From IMG/VR virus record IMGVR_UViG_3300013006_000027, positions 14,428 through 78,427 of that record: 64,000 bases of DNA; one strand, written 5' to 3'. Positions 1 to 9,476 of this stretch are shown here, piece by piece. Positions within the stretch are counted from its first letter, which is position 1. Each line of letters starts with the position of its first letter. The DNA comes from a virus. The notes beneath the pieces are model-generated. The model worked only from the letters and a program-made list of their open reading frames with translations, made no database searches and was not told where the DNA came from. The position numbers and the translations under genes are program-made.

Positions 1-1
1 C

Positions 2-616
2 TTGCATATTGAAATGCGACCCGATTTTGCTTCGTGGCAGAACTGGGCAGTTAACAAAGGCATCCATAAGGATGTGGTTGGTTATCTGTCTTTCGCTAAA
101 CAGGATCTCTATGATTTTGATTCAAAGTCCTCTAGCCGCGCATTCGCTACTCCCCGTAGCTGGTGCTTTGTCAGCGATTTGCTGAATGATGACGAAGACA
201 CGGACTCTGATACACTGTTCAACTTGGTCGCAGGTTCTGTAGGTGAAGGTCTTGCTGTTAAGTTTATGGCACACCGTAAGGTTGCAGGTCAGATGCCCGA
301 GCCTAGCGATATTCTCGCAGGTAAGGTCAAAGAACTCCGTGTCAAGGAAGTGTCGGCAATGTACTCCCTCACGATTAGCCTGTGCTATGAATTGAAGGAC
401 GCTCTTGACAACAAACGTGTCAACACCAAACAATTCCACGAAATGGCTGATAATTTCTTCAGCTACATCATGGCAAACTTTGAAACTGAGTTGGTCGTAA
501 TGGGTGCGAAGGTTGCTCTGAAAACGTATCGTCTTCCGATCGAACCCAGTCAGTTGAAACATTTTGATGACTTCCACAAGAAGTACGGCAAGTACATTGT
601 AGAAGCAGGTAATTAA
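2..616 (+). CDS. MoxR-like AAA+ ATPase, C-terminal part (5' truncated by window)
   Basis: Sensor-II-like FATPRSW motif; directly upstream of a VWA/metallopeptidase gene, the usual MoxR partner. Confidence 0.75.
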   Translation: MHIEMRPDFASWQNWAVNKGIHKDVVGYLSFAKQDLYDFDSKSSSRAFATPRSWCFVSDLLNDDEDTDSDTLFNLVAGSVGEGLAVKFMAHRKVAGQMPEPSDILAGKVKELRVKEVSAMYSLTISLCYELKDALDNKRVNTKQFHEMADNFFSYIMANFETELVVMGAKVALKTYRLPIEPSQLKHFDDFHKKYGKYIVEAGN

Positions 617-619
617 TAA

Positions 620-642
620 AAGGGGAGGCAACTCCCTTTTTT
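620..642 (+). terminator. Intrinsic terminator
   Basis: GGGAG-gcaa-CTCCC hairpin followed by a T run, right after the stop codon. Confidence 0.85.
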
Positions 643-645
643 CAC

Positions 646-674
646 TTGCAATTAAATACGGTATGTGTTATAAT
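646..674 (+). promoter_or_regulatory. Sigma70-type promoter
   Basis: TTGCAA-17 nt-TATAAT, then AAGGAG RBS before ATG 703. Confidence 0.7.
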
Positions 675-702
675 ATAACATATATACGATAAAGGAGTAG
701 GT

Positions 703-1989
703 ATGAGTGATGTAGTCGCCCCAACTAAAAAGCGTAAACGTAGTAAAAAATTTGAAAATTTGGTCGGCCCTACCGATGCCAAAGTAGACTTCAATGCCCG
801 TGAGCGGTTGGTAACTGCCCGCATTGGTCTGCTTCTCCGTCATTCATTCTTTGGTAACCTTGCAACCCGTATGCAATTGGTTAACGCCGATGAATGGTGC
901 TCTACAGCCGCTACTGACGGATTGAAATTCTATTACAATTCTCGGTTTATTATGATGCTCAAGCCCAAGGAAGTTGAATTCTTGGTTGGGCATGAAGTAC
1001 TTCATGTAGTATACGATCATATTGGTCGTCGAGGCAACCGTGATCCCCAACTTTGGAACATTGCTGATGACTACGCGGTTAATGCCGACTTGAAACGGCA
1101 CAAGGTCGGTGAGTTTATCAAAACGGTTCCTTGCTTGTATGAAGCAAAATATGACGGTAAGAGTGCCGAAGAAATCTATGATGACCTTTATGAGAAGGCT
1201 GAAAAGATTAACATTGAGGATCATATCGACCAAATGATTGATGATCATATGGAAGGTGAGGGTTCTGAGTCTGAAGGTGACGGCGAAGAAATTGACGGTA
1301 GTGGTAAGGTCAAAGGTCGTCCGAAAATGTCTGGTGAGGAACGTGAACGTGTTCGCCAAGAAGTAAAACAGGCTATCATCAATGCGGCTTCTTCTGCTGA
1401 AGCAGGTTCTATTCCTAAAGGTGTTGAGCGGCTGATCAAACAGCATACTAACCCAATAATGCCTTGGCGTGAATTGATTCAGACTAATTTGACAAGTGCT
1501 ATTCGGACTGACTTTAGCTTTATGCGTCCTAATCGTCGAGGTTGGCATATGGACGCTATCATGCCTGGGATGACCCCAGGTGAAGAAATCGATGTTGTAG
1601 TTAGCCTTGATATGTCGGGTTCTATTACCGATAAACAAGCTCAGGCATTCTTGGGTGAGATTGCCGGTATGATGGATGCGTTTGATGGATATCGGGTGCA
1701 TGTATTTTGTTTTGATACAGAAACTTACAATCCACAAGACTTTACCAGCGAGAACTTGGATACAATTGATTCATATGAACCAGTTGGTGGAGGTGGTACT
1801 GATTTTGATTGCATCTTCAGTTATCTTAAAGAAAATGCAATTGTGCCCAAACGTTTGATTGTGTTCACGGATGGCTACCCTGGTGGTAGCTGGGGAGATC
1901 CTGACTATTGTGATACCACATGGATCATTCATGGTGACAAGGATCCTAATCCCCCATTTGGGACGTTTGCACTATATGACGGGGCATGA
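703..1989 (+). CDS. DUF2201-type metallopeptidase + VWA domain protein
   Basis: TAATDG, HEVLH (HExxH), DYAVN; C-terminal MIDAS motif DMSGS...GGGGTDF...FTDG. Confidence 0.85.
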   Translation: MSDVVAPTKKRKRSKKFENLVGPTDAKVDFNARERLVTARIGLLLRHSFFGNLATRMQLVNADEWCSTAATDGLKFYYNSRFIMMLKPKEVEFLVGHEVLHVVYDHIGRRGNRDPQLWNIADDYAVNADLKRHKVGEFIKTVPCLYEAKYDGKSAEEIYDDLYEKAEKINIEDHIDQMIDDHMEGEGSESEGDGEEIDGSGKVKGRPKMSGEERERVRQEVKQAIINAASSAEAGSIPKGVERLIKQHTNPIMPWRELIQTNLTSAIRTDFSFMRPNRRGWHMDAIMPGMTPGEEIDVVVSLDMSGSITDKQAQAFLGEIAGMMDAFDGYRVHVFCFDTETYNPQDFTSENLDTIDSYEPVGGGGTDFDCIFSYLKENAIVPKRLIVFTDGYPGGSWGDPDYCDTTWIIHGDKDPNPPFGTFALYDGA

Positions 1990-2224
1990 TCTAATATATG
2001 AATCCCCCGATAAGGGGGAAACTATATATGCTAGAAAAGTAGGATCTACTGACAGGGTGTTAATTTCAATGAGTGAAAAGGCTTGGTCTCGTATCAATGA
2101 ACAAGAGCAAGTCGAGATTTGGAAAGATATTAGAGGATTAGCAAAAACCAATCCATCGTTGAATGATGTATTGGATAGATTGTTAGTAGTTTATAACCTT
2201 ATCAAAAAAGAAAATTCACTATGA
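1976..2224 (+). CDS. Hypothetical protein (IYESPDKGETIYAR)
   Basis: ORF overlapping neighbours; start re-chosen at ATG 1976. Confidence 0.6.
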   Translation: MTGHDLIYESPDKGETIYARKVGSTDRVLISMSEKAWSRINEQEQVEIWKDIRGLAKTNPSLNDVLDRLLVVYNLIKKENSL

Positions 2225-2628
2225 TGTATATTGGTACAAGCTTGGGTGGTTGCTTGCGTAGCATCCTAGATGGCGAAGTATCCGAGGACCGTGTTTTGAC
2301 GATTATTACTAGGACTCACTGCGAAACTTACGATTCGTTGGTCAACGTAGTTAAATTGTATTACTCTGAAGGTAATAACTATGCTAGAAATCCTCAGCGG
2401 TACGACTTAACAAAATTTGATTTTGAGACCGTGTTGGATTTAGCTAGTAGGCTTTATAATTCAGGTAGAATTCATCAACCTAGGCTTTACTCAGATAGTG
2501 ATTATTTGCCTATTGCCTTTGCTTTTCAAGAACTTTGGCTCCAAGTAGTACCAACTAATACTAATTCTTCACCTGCGGTGATTGATGCGTATGAAAAATA
2601 CAAGATGTTAGATTCTCTAACCCGATGA
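2221..2628 (+). CDS. Hypothetical protein
   Basis: ORF with ATGA coupling at both ends. Confidence 0.65.
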   Translation: MMYIGTSLGGCLRSILDGEVSEDRVLTIITRTHCETYDSLVNVVKLYYSEGNNYARNPQRYDLTKFDFETVLDLASRLYNSGRIHQPRLYSDSDYLPIAFAFQELWLQVVPTNTNSSPAVIDAYEKYKMLDSLTR

Positions 2629-2858
2629 TAGAGATTGATCCTGTTGTTTGGTTTAGTGATCGGGAGGTTAATTTTAAACCTCCACATTTCGTTATGACCA
2701 ACACTCATATTACTGAAGAATCTAAATTTTGGATTTTAAAAAATTTAAAAGGTAGATTTTCATTAATTGAAAATGGTTATATAACAAGGAATAAAAAGTT
2801 TGTACCTGCTTTTGAAGATCCACAAGAAGCAATTCTTTATGAGTTAGCTTGGTCTTGA
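2625..2858 (+). CDS. Small protein, F-x-L-x-W C-terminal family (FEDPQEAILYELAWS)
   Basis: C-terminus resembles the 27157-28492 array members. Confidence 0.6.
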   Translation: MIEIDPVVWFSDREVNFKPPHFVMTNTHITEESKFWILKNLKGRFSLIENGYITRNKKFVPAFEDPQEAILYELAWS

Positions 2859-2918
2859 TAAATTTTTAGTATATAGTAAAAATCAATTAAATAATGATAT
2901 AATCAAGGAGAATATGAT

Positions 2919-3599
2919 ATGAGTTTTTTAAGACATGTTGGTAAACACGGTGATCGCAAAGTTGCAGTAATCTTCCGTGAAGTGCCCGGTGAATCACATA
3001 TGTGCCTAGTCACATATACAGAAACGTTGAATATGCATATTCATGATCCAATTATTAAATGTATTGAAAGTGACATTGGTCAGAACAGTCAAAATCTAGC
3101 TGATGCATTACATCGTAGCTATACCAAAGACGGTAAACCAATTTTACAAACACTACACCTTGAAGGACAGTTGAAAAAAGTTCAAACTGCTCAAATTATA
3201 ATGACTCCTCAACCTAATACTCAAATTAGATTGGATGAACTGAATAAGATTTTAGATGAGATGCAACAAGGTGAAGAAGCCGTTAAGCGATTAGCTGAAA
3301 TGGATAAGAGCATGGGAATGCAAACCAAGTCTGAAGTTATTAGAAAGATGCGTGGTCCACAAACACAACCTGCATATCCAACTGGTGATGTAATGGGCGA
3401 TCAGCAATTGGCTAAACAGCGGTTAGATCAAGCAATTAAGATGGAAAGTGAAGCACAAGGTCTTATGTCTGAAGCAAAACGGTTAAAGGCAGAGGCAAGG
3501 TCACTTGATCCTAATGTAGCACCTACTGGGGAAGCATCAGTTGTTGTGGAGGTCCCATCACCAAAAGCAAAAAAATCAAGAGCTAAAGCGGTTGCATAA
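2919..3599 (+). CDS. Hypothetical protein
   Basis: 226 aa ORF with AAGGAG RBS. Confidence 0.75.
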   Translation: MSFLRHVGKHGDRKVAVIFREVPGESHMCLVTYTETLNMHIHDPIIKCIESDIGQNSQNLADALHRSYTKDGKPILQTLHLEGQLKKVQTAQIIMTPQPNTQIRLDELNKILDEMQQGEEAVKRLAEMDKSMGMQTKSEVIRKMRGPQTQPAYPTGDVMGDQQLAKQRLDQAIKMESEAQGLMSEAKRLKAEARSLDPNVAPTGEASVVVEVPSPKAKKSRAKAVA

Positions 3600-3895
3600 T
3601 GTCACCTGAATTCATTGAAAAATGGGAACACATCCTCGAGGATGTTGAAAAACAAAAAATTCCTATTGGCTTTATTAAAAAAGTAGTTATCAAACTAATA
3701 GGAAAGAAACAGCAAACTCTGAATATTGAGAAATTTTTAAATCAAGGTTTAGAACCAGAGCAAGTAGAAGATTTAGTTAATAAAAGATTAACTGAATTGG
3801 ATGATTTAGTTACTAGCGTAGAATTTATTCTTAATGTACAGAGTATTGCGGACACTGTCCAACCTGAAACGGACAGATTATTAGGTAATTTATGA
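3599..3895 (+). CDS. Hypothetical protein
   Basis: TAATG-coupled ORF. Confidence 0.65.
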   Translation: MSPEFIEKWEHILEDVEKQKIPIGFIKKVVIKLIGKKQQTLNIEKFLNQGLEPEQVEDLVNKRLTELDDLVTSVEFILNVQSIADTVQPETDRLLGNL

Positions 3896-4365
3896 GACTC
3901 ATTGTTGCCTGTGATCCTAAAGGTGGAATAGGCTATAAGAACAAATTGCCCTGGAGTAAAATCGAGGGCGATTTGCCAAGATTCAAAAGATTAACTCAGG
4001 ATAAAACTGTAGTTATGGGTCGCAATACTTGGGATAGTCTTCCAGTAAAACCTTTACCTAACAGATACAATGTTGTAGTAACTACAAAACCAATTATACT
4101 ACCTAACAATGTTAAAACAATTGCTCATTTAGATGACTTGAAATATTTTTATGAGCCATGGATAATGGGAGGAGCAAAGTTAATACAAACATGTTGGGAA
4201 AGAATTACTAAAATTCACTTGACCACTACCTTTGCCGAATATGCTTGTGATACTTTTATAGACTTGAAAAAATTACGGGGGGAGTTTAGAATTTCACATG
4301 AAGAGGTTCGTAGTGACCATACATATGAAATTTGGGACAGAGATCATCCTGATTATTGGAAATAA
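3892..4365 (+). CDS. frd: Dihydrofolate reductase
   Basis: GIGYKNKLPW, DLPRFK, VVMGRNTWDSLP.KPLPNR, IMGGA, CDTF motifs. Confidence 0.95.
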   Translation: MRLIVACDPKGGIGYKNKLPWSKIEGDLPRFKRLTQDKTVVMGRNTWDSLPVKPLPNRYNVVVTTKPIILPNNVKTIAHLDDLKYFYEPWIMGGAKLIQTCWERITKIHLTTTFAEYACDTFIDLKKLRGEFRISHEEVRSDHTYEIWDRDHPDYWK

Positions 4366-4367
4366 AA

Positions 4368-5282
4368 ATGCAAAATTATCATGATTTGCTTAAAGATATA
4401 CTAGAGAACGGCGAAACAAAAGACGATAGAACAGGTGTAGGTACAGTATCTGTCTTTGGTAGACAATTAAGATTTGATTTACGCAAGGGTTTTCCTGCTG
4501 TTACTACTAAAAAGTTAGCATGGAAAGCCTGTGTAGGTGAGTTGTTATGGTTTATTGAAGGTAGTGGTGATGAACGTAGATTAGCTGAAATTACACATGG
4601 TAGTAAAGATGGTACAGTTACCATATGGACTCCAAATGCATTATCAAGTTATTGGAAACCTAAAGCTAAGTTTGAAGGTGATTTAGGCAGGGTATATGGT
4701 GTACAATGGCGAGATTGGAAACATAATACTCTTAAATCTTCCAAACATTATGTTCAACATAGTAAATCTGATAAAACTCATTATGATTCAACAGTAATGG
4801 AAAGGTCAGTTGACCAATTAGCAAACTTATTAGAAGGATTAAAGACAGACCCTAATGGTCGTAGACATATTCTTAGTGCATTGAATGTCGGTGAATTAGA
4901 TCAAATGGCATTGCCACCTTGTCATGTTATGAGCCAATACTATGTGAACAAGAACCGTGAATTAAGTTGTCATATGTACCAAAGATCAGTGGATGTTTTC
5001 CTAGGATTGCCCTTTAATATCGCTAGTTATGCTCTACTAACTCATTTGATTGCTCATCATTGTGGTTACAAAGTTGGGGAATTAATTATCAGTACTGGTG
5101 ATACACATATCTATACCAATCACATTGATCAAGTTAAGGAACAATTGACCCGAGAACCATTGCCCTTACCTACATTGATGTTACCTGTAGAAAAGAAAGA
5201 TATTTTTGAAATGACCATGAATGATATTCATTTAGAAGGGTATACCAGTCATGGCCCAATCAAAGCGGAAATGGCTGTATGA
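4368..5282 (+). CDS. thyA: Thymidylate synthase ThyA
   Basis: DRTGVGT, ELLWF, YGVQWR, MALPPCH, YQRSVDVFLGLPFNIASY, GDTHIY. Confidence 0.97.
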   Translation: MQNYHDLLKDILENGETKDDRTGVGTVSVFGRQLRFDLRKGFPAVTTKKLAWKACVGELLWFIEGSGDERRLAEITHGSKDGTVTIWTPNALSSYWKPKAKFEGDLGRVYGVQWRDWKHNTLKSSKHYVQHSKSDKTHYDSTVMERSVDQLANLLEGLKTDPNGRRHILSALNVGELDQMALPPCHVMSQYYVNKNRELSCHMYQRSVDVFLGLPFNIASYALLTHLIAHHCGYKVGELIISTGDTHIYTNHIDQVKEQLTREPLPLPTLMLPVEKKDIFEMTMNDIHLEGYTSHGPIKAEMAV

Positions 5283-5527
5283 AAGATTACATTGAAACTA
5301 AAGTACACACATTCAGTATAGGTGATGTTGATGATCCTGATATCTATGCTTCTCAGCCTCTTTGGGAATTTCAACAGACAGAAAAGGGCAAGTGGATTAT
5401 GGATAATGCTATAGAGCAACCAACTTGGCATAGGTATGTTGATCATGTACATTTTGGTCATACATATGCTATTACAGCTAAATTGCCTAAAGAAAAATAT
5501 ACATTTTTCAAACTTAAGTTTGATTAA
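5279..5527 (+). CDS. Hypothetical protein (ends TFFKLKFD)
   Basis: ATGA-coupled ORF; C-terminus resembles the F-x-L-R/K-W family. Confidence 0.6.
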   Translation: MKDYIETKVHTFSIGDVDDPDIYASQPLWEFQQTEKGKWIMDNAIEQPTWHRYVDHVHFGHTYAITAKLPKEKYTFFKLKFD

Positions 5528-5533
5528 TTGATT

Positions 5534-5551
5534 CCCGTAGATAAATACGGG
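5534..5551 (+). promoter_or_regulatory. Late promoter (GATAAATA) within hairpin CCCGTA/TACGGG
   Basis: T4-like late -10 element 5 nt upstream of ATG 5553. Confidence 0.65.
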
Positions 5552-5552
5552 T

Positions 5553-6020
5553 ATGTGGATCTTATCTGTTTTACCTAGTTACGCTATACATGGTTTATTA
5601 TCTGTTGGTATTATTGGTGTAATATTAGGCTTTGTATTAGGGTTTATTCCTTTAATCGGGAAATATAAACTTCCTATTCAAATTATAAGTATATTAGTTC
5701 TAACCCTTGCCTTATATTTAGAAGGTGGGTTAGAAAACGAACGGTTATGGCAATTAAAAGTAAAAGAAGTAGAAGCTAAAGTTGCGGTATCAGAAGTTAA
5801 GGCTGTAGAAAAAACTGTAGAAATACAAGAAAAGATTATAAACAAAACTAAAATCATTAAACAAAAGGGCGATGATATAATAAAATATATTGATAAGGAA
5901 ATCGTTAAAAAAGAAGAGATTATCAAGTACATAGAAAATTGCCCGGTGCCACAGGAAATTATTGAACAACATAATAAGATTGTAAACTTATCTAGTCAAT
6001 CCTCAGGAGAGAAGAAATGA
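5553..6020 (+). CDS. Inner-membrane spanin (Rz-like)
   Basis: N-terminal TM helices, coiled coil, C-terminal CPVP; overlaps a lipoprotein gene. Confidence 0.7.
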   Translation: MWILSVLPSYAIHGLLSVGIIGVILGFVLGFIPLIGKYKLPIQIISILVLTLALYLEGGLENERLWQLKVKEVEAKVAVSEVKAVEKTVEIQEKIINKTKIIKQKGDDIIKYIDKEIVKKEEIIKYIENCPVPQEIIEQHNKIVNLSSQSSGEKK

Positions 6021-6292
6021 GGACTCTTATACCAGTAATATTATTGTTATCTGCCTGTGCTACTACGCCTGTTCCAGTAGAGCGTAAATTTCCTCCATAT
6101 CCTAGTGCATTATCAGAAAAATGCGAACCGTTAAAACCTATTGAGCCTGGTGATAAAGTACCTATTACAGACATGTTAAAAGTTGTAGTAGAAAACTATG
6201 TGAGATATTATAATTGTGCTACCAAAGTTGAGAGTTGGCAAGAATGGTACACCGAACAGAAAAAAATCTTTGAAAGTGTAAATCAAAAATAA
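6017..6292 (+). CDS. Outer-membrane spanin lipoprotein (Rz1-like)
   Basis: Lipobox LLSAC, Pro-rich segment, two further Cys, NY..Y..C. Confidence 0.8.
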   Translation: MRTLIPVILLLSACATTPVPVERKFPPYPSALSEKCEPLKPIEPGDKVPITDMLKVVVENYVRYYNCATKVESWQEWYTEQKKIFESVNQK

Positions 6293-6322
6293 CTCATAAA
6301 TACATTATGAGGTTATGAAAAT

Positions 6323-6862
6323 ATGTCTACACAAGAAATCATTAATATAGGTACGTCACCTAATGACGGTCAGGGTGATCCATTACGCACGGCTTTTGCG
6401 AAGATAAACAATAATTTTACCAATTTATTTAATACTACGTTTAGTACCTCTACTGCGTACTCTTTAGGTAATTCTACTAACCAAGTAATATATACCGCAC
6501 CTGTTGAAACTTTTACACAGGCAATGCTTCAAATTAGATCAAGCAACCCTTTAACATCGGATAGTCAAGATATTACGCTTTCAGCACAAATTACAAATGA
6601 TAATGCTAGTGTGAGGTTCACTGGATACGGTACTACAATTAATGGTAATGCTATAACTAACTATGATATGGACGTGTTTGCCTCTAACGTTCGTGTTTTA
6701 GTTAATCCAATTGGAAATGCTACATTACTACATTTTATTTCTTCTCAAGTTACTTTTATTGGTGTCGATGTTCCTGGTCTAAACATTCAATTAGATGGTT
6801 ATGTAGATGGATACGATATGTCTACAGAAAATGACTTGTTTATAACAACTGAACAAGCATGA
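6323..6862 (+). CDS. Baseplate gp9/gp10-like structural protein
   Basis: INIGTSPNDGQGDPLRTAFAKINNNF N-terminal motif of the T4 gp9/gp10 type; late promoter at 6296. Confidence 0.7.
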   Translation: MSTQEIINIGTSPNDGQGDPLRTAFAKINNNFTNLFNTTFSTSTAYSLGNSTNQVIYTAPVETFTQAMLQIRSSNPLTSDSQDITLSAQITNDNASVRFTGYGTTINGNAITNYDMDVFASNVRVLVNPIGNATLLHFISSQVTFIGVDVPGLNIQLDGYVDGYDMSTENDLFITTEQA

Positions 6863-7242
6863 GGGCCCATGAATTTATTACTGAGAGCGTAGAAGAAAAA
6901 CTAATGCCCGATCAAGCAGGGGCCCTTCCTGCTACTTATGTAATTCCTGAATTACCAAATCAAGATCCTTATTTACAATATAGATTTTCAGTAGCGATTG
7001 CAGGTGCAAAAGGAGCTGAAAAACGTAAACAAGATGGTGTTAGTAGTATGTCTAGAGAAGGACCATTTGGTGAAAGCGAGATTGTAGTATCATATGGTCA
7101 TGATGTAGGTCCATATATTGATGATGCACTTAAATCTATGGGTATGAAAGGAAAGCGTAGAGTATCAACACCTAAAAGTGAAGAAACTACGGATGTTACT
7201 AAAACTAGCCCCATGAAGCCTTTTAAGGGATATAAAAGGTGA
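6859..7242 (+). CDS. Putative internal head protein, paralog 1
   Basis: MRAHEFITE leader; IPEL..DPY..YRF; C-terminus SPMKPFKGYKR. Confidence 0.6.
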   Translation: MRAHEFITESVEEKLMPDQAGALPATYVIPELPNQDPYLQYRFSVAIAGAKGAEKRKQDGVSSMSREGPFGESEIVVSYGHDVGPYIDDALKSMGMKGKRRVSTPKSEETTDVTKTSPMKPFKGYKR

Positions 7243-7601
7243 GAGCAAGAGAGTTTATTGCCGAACGCAATTTATTTATAATTCCTGAACTAACATCAGG
7301 TGATCCTTACCAAATCTATAGATTTGGTGTTGCTATTGCTAGAGCTAGAAGTGAATCAGGAGATTGGGATAAGGTCAGAGATAGTCAACAAAGAAATGAC
7401 GGTAAGTTTTCAGGTGAAAGTCCCTTTAGTGAAAATGCTATAGTAGCACCACAATATGAAGATGGATCTATTATAAATAAAGCATTGGGATATGAAAATA
7501 TTCCTGGTGGAAAGAAAGCAATACCAATGTCATCTGGATATGAATTGCCCACTGATAATAAACCTAGTCCATTGAAACCGTTTAAGGGATATGCAAGATG
7601 A
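7239..7601 (+). CDS. Putative internal head protein, paralog 2
   Basis: GTG start; MRAREFIAE leader; IPEL..DPY..YRF; C-terminus SPLKPFKGYAR. Confidence 0.6.
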   Translation: MRAREFIAERNLFIIPELTSGDPYQIYRFGVAIARARSESGDWDKVRDSQQRNDGKFSGESPFSENAIVAPQYEDGSIINKALGYENIPGGKKAIPMSSGYELPTDNKPSPLKPFKGYAR

Positions 7602-7990
7602 GAGCAACAGAATTTATAATTGAAGCAACAGCAGATGATGGATCTCATGGTAAAAGAAAAGGTAAATTGCATCCGGATGTAAAATCCGCACTTGGTATGA
7701 TTCATAGAGTAGCCGGTACTGCTGACAGAACATATGATTTAAATCGTGCTATGATGGCAGTTGCTAGTTCAAATGGAAAAGAATTTAGTCACCAGCCAGA
7801 TGGAGAAAGTTGGATTGGCAGAAGTAATATGGCTGCTCCTTATACTAAAGAAGAACATGATATGTTACATCATGCTTATAAATCAATTGGTACTCCGGTT
7901 CAATCGGCAACAGATGATTTCAGAAGAGAGCCTGACGATACACACAAAGTTAGTCCTCATAAGCCATTCAAGGGTTATAAAAGAAAATAA
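7598..7990 (+). CDS. Putative internal head protein, paralog 3
   Basis: MRATEFIIE leader; C-terminus SPHKPFKGYKRK. Confidence 0.6.
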   Translation: MRATEFIIEATADDGSHGKRKGKLHPDVKSALGMIHRVAGTADRTYDLNRAMMAVASSNGKEFSHQPDGESWIGRSNMAAPYTKEEHDMLHHAYKSIGTPVQSATDDFRREPDDTHKVSPHKPFKGYKRK

Positions 7991-8042
7991 TTTCATCATC
8001 AAAGCCGAGAATAAGTAATTTGTACAAATTACAAGGTTTTCA

Positions 8043-8732
8043 ATGATTGATATTAATAATACCCTAGACCTAGTAAAACTTAAGTTTTACAACGACTACC
8101 TTTACCAATGTCACATATATGATGAAGGCGAAAGTGGATACCATAAACAACTTACTGGTGAAGTTGTAAAATCTTACGTTGACCCATTAAATTTAGCCAA
8201 AGATGCTTTAATTTTAGATTTGGGTTGTGGCCCGGGTTATTTCTTAGATGAAATGAAAGAAAGGGGCTATACCAATCTAATTGGTGTTACCCTTAGTCCC
8301 AATGACGTTAAAATGTGTGAAGATAAAGGCCATACTGTTAAAAAATATGACTTGTCATTCTTGCCACAAGAACAAGGTTATTATGATGAAAGTGTAGACT
8401 TTATATTTCTAAGACATGCACTAGAACATAGTCCATATCCAATATTTACATTAATGGAATACAATAGGGTATTAAAACAAAATAGTAAGATTTATATTGA
8501 GGTACCTGCTCCTGATTGTGAAAGAAAGCACGAATATAACTTGAATCATTATAGCATTTTTGGTGCTGCTCAGCTATCAGCATTACTTGAGCGTACTGGA
8601 TTTAATGTCAACACCTTTAATATATTAGAGTTTAATTTAGAAATACCCAATACCGACGGTGAACCTGTTCCAGTTAAAGAAAGGTTTTATTGTATAGTTG
8701 CCACTAAAGCTAGGCCGCTAGACATTAAATAA
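8043..8732 (+). CDS. Class I SAM-dependent methyltransferase
   Basis: ILDLGCGPG motif I; VDFIFLRHALEH; RVLK...IYIEVP. Confidence 0.85.
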   Translation: MIDINNTLDLVKLKFYNDYLYQCHIYDEGESGYHKQLTGEVVKSYVDPLNLAKDALILDLGCGPGYFLDEMKERGYTNLIGVTLSPNDVKMCEDKGHTVKKYDLSFLPQEQGYYDESVDFIFLRHALEHSPYPIFTLMEYNRVLKQNSKIYIEVPAPDCERKHEYNLNHYSIFGAAQLSALLERTGFNVNTFNILEFNLEIPNTDGEPVPVKERFYCIVATKARPLDIK

Positions 8733-8800
8733 AACGATAAATACTCTCTATATGAGAGTATTTTTATGGCTAGCCGTAAAATTACATAAAGGAATACAAT

Positions 8801-9183
8801 ATGAAACCTAGTGAGATATTACGTAGCTTAGCTGACATGATTGATGCAAGACAGCAAATACAATTGTAGTGCGTGATGCTAATGGTGCAATCAATGTTAA
8901 CGGTTGGACAGTAGGAACACATTTAACAGCAGTGAATTACACAGCAACTAATAGTGATTATTGGATTGGCACTACAACTAAAAATAAAACCATTACATTG
9001 CCCAACGCAGCCAATGGTGCATCTAATGGTAGACAATATCAAATCGTCGATGCAGTTCACACAGGCAACCCTGGCACTACTATTGCCGCACAAAGTCCTG
9101 CTACAGTAGTCGGTAATCAACCTAGTCAACAGGGTCAAATAATAATTGCTACTTATGTGGGTACAACTTGGTATTTAAATTAA
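8801..9183 (+). pseudogene. Out-of-frame fusion: short ORF (MKPSEILRSLADMID) joined to a fibre-like C-terminal fragment (TANTIVVRDANG...)
   Basis: AAGGA RBS + ATG 8801, stop at 8869; a second frame is open from 8845 with a fibre repeat motif but no RBS. Confidence 0.5.
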
Positions 9184-9185
9184 TT

Positions 9186-9455
9186 ATGTTTGATCCTTTC
9201 CAACAAGCAAAGATACAGCGTAGCTATTCTAAACTCAGGGATACCGTCCCTGAGAAAGATATGTCATTAGACGATTTAAAAAGATTAAGTGGTGCAGGTA
9301 AAATTACTGGTGAATCAGCAACAGTAGACCATGAATTAAATGCCAAAAAAGCACAATATATTCGTGAGAATAATATCAAGCCAGGTGACCAAGCTTGGTT
9401 CAAAGTTATGTTTGCAAAACCACATCTTACTGGCGAAGATCCTTTTTCCAAATAG
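9186..9455 (+). CDS. Hypothetical protein (DDLKRLSG motif)
   Basis: ORF upstream of terminase; shares the KRL.G motif with head-type proteins. Confidence 0.65.
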   Translation: MFDPFQQAKIQRSYSKLRDTVPEKDMSLDDLKRLSGAGKITGESATVDHELNAKKAQYIRENNIKPGDQAWFKVMFAKPHLTGEDPFSK

Positions 9456-9476
9456 TAGCCGTTACTAAATAATTGT

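Noticed and set aside
844-1737. Long antisense ORFs (also 122-631, 12085-12570, 12892-13323, 40796-41272, 63274-63867)
   Set aside because: Shadow frames of well-supported plus-strand genes, with no RBS or motifs
4368-5282. Intron or intein in thyA (or in terL, helicase, uvsX)
   Set aside because: Frames are continuous and of normal length; only a short in-frame loop insertion in ThyA, with no splicing motifs
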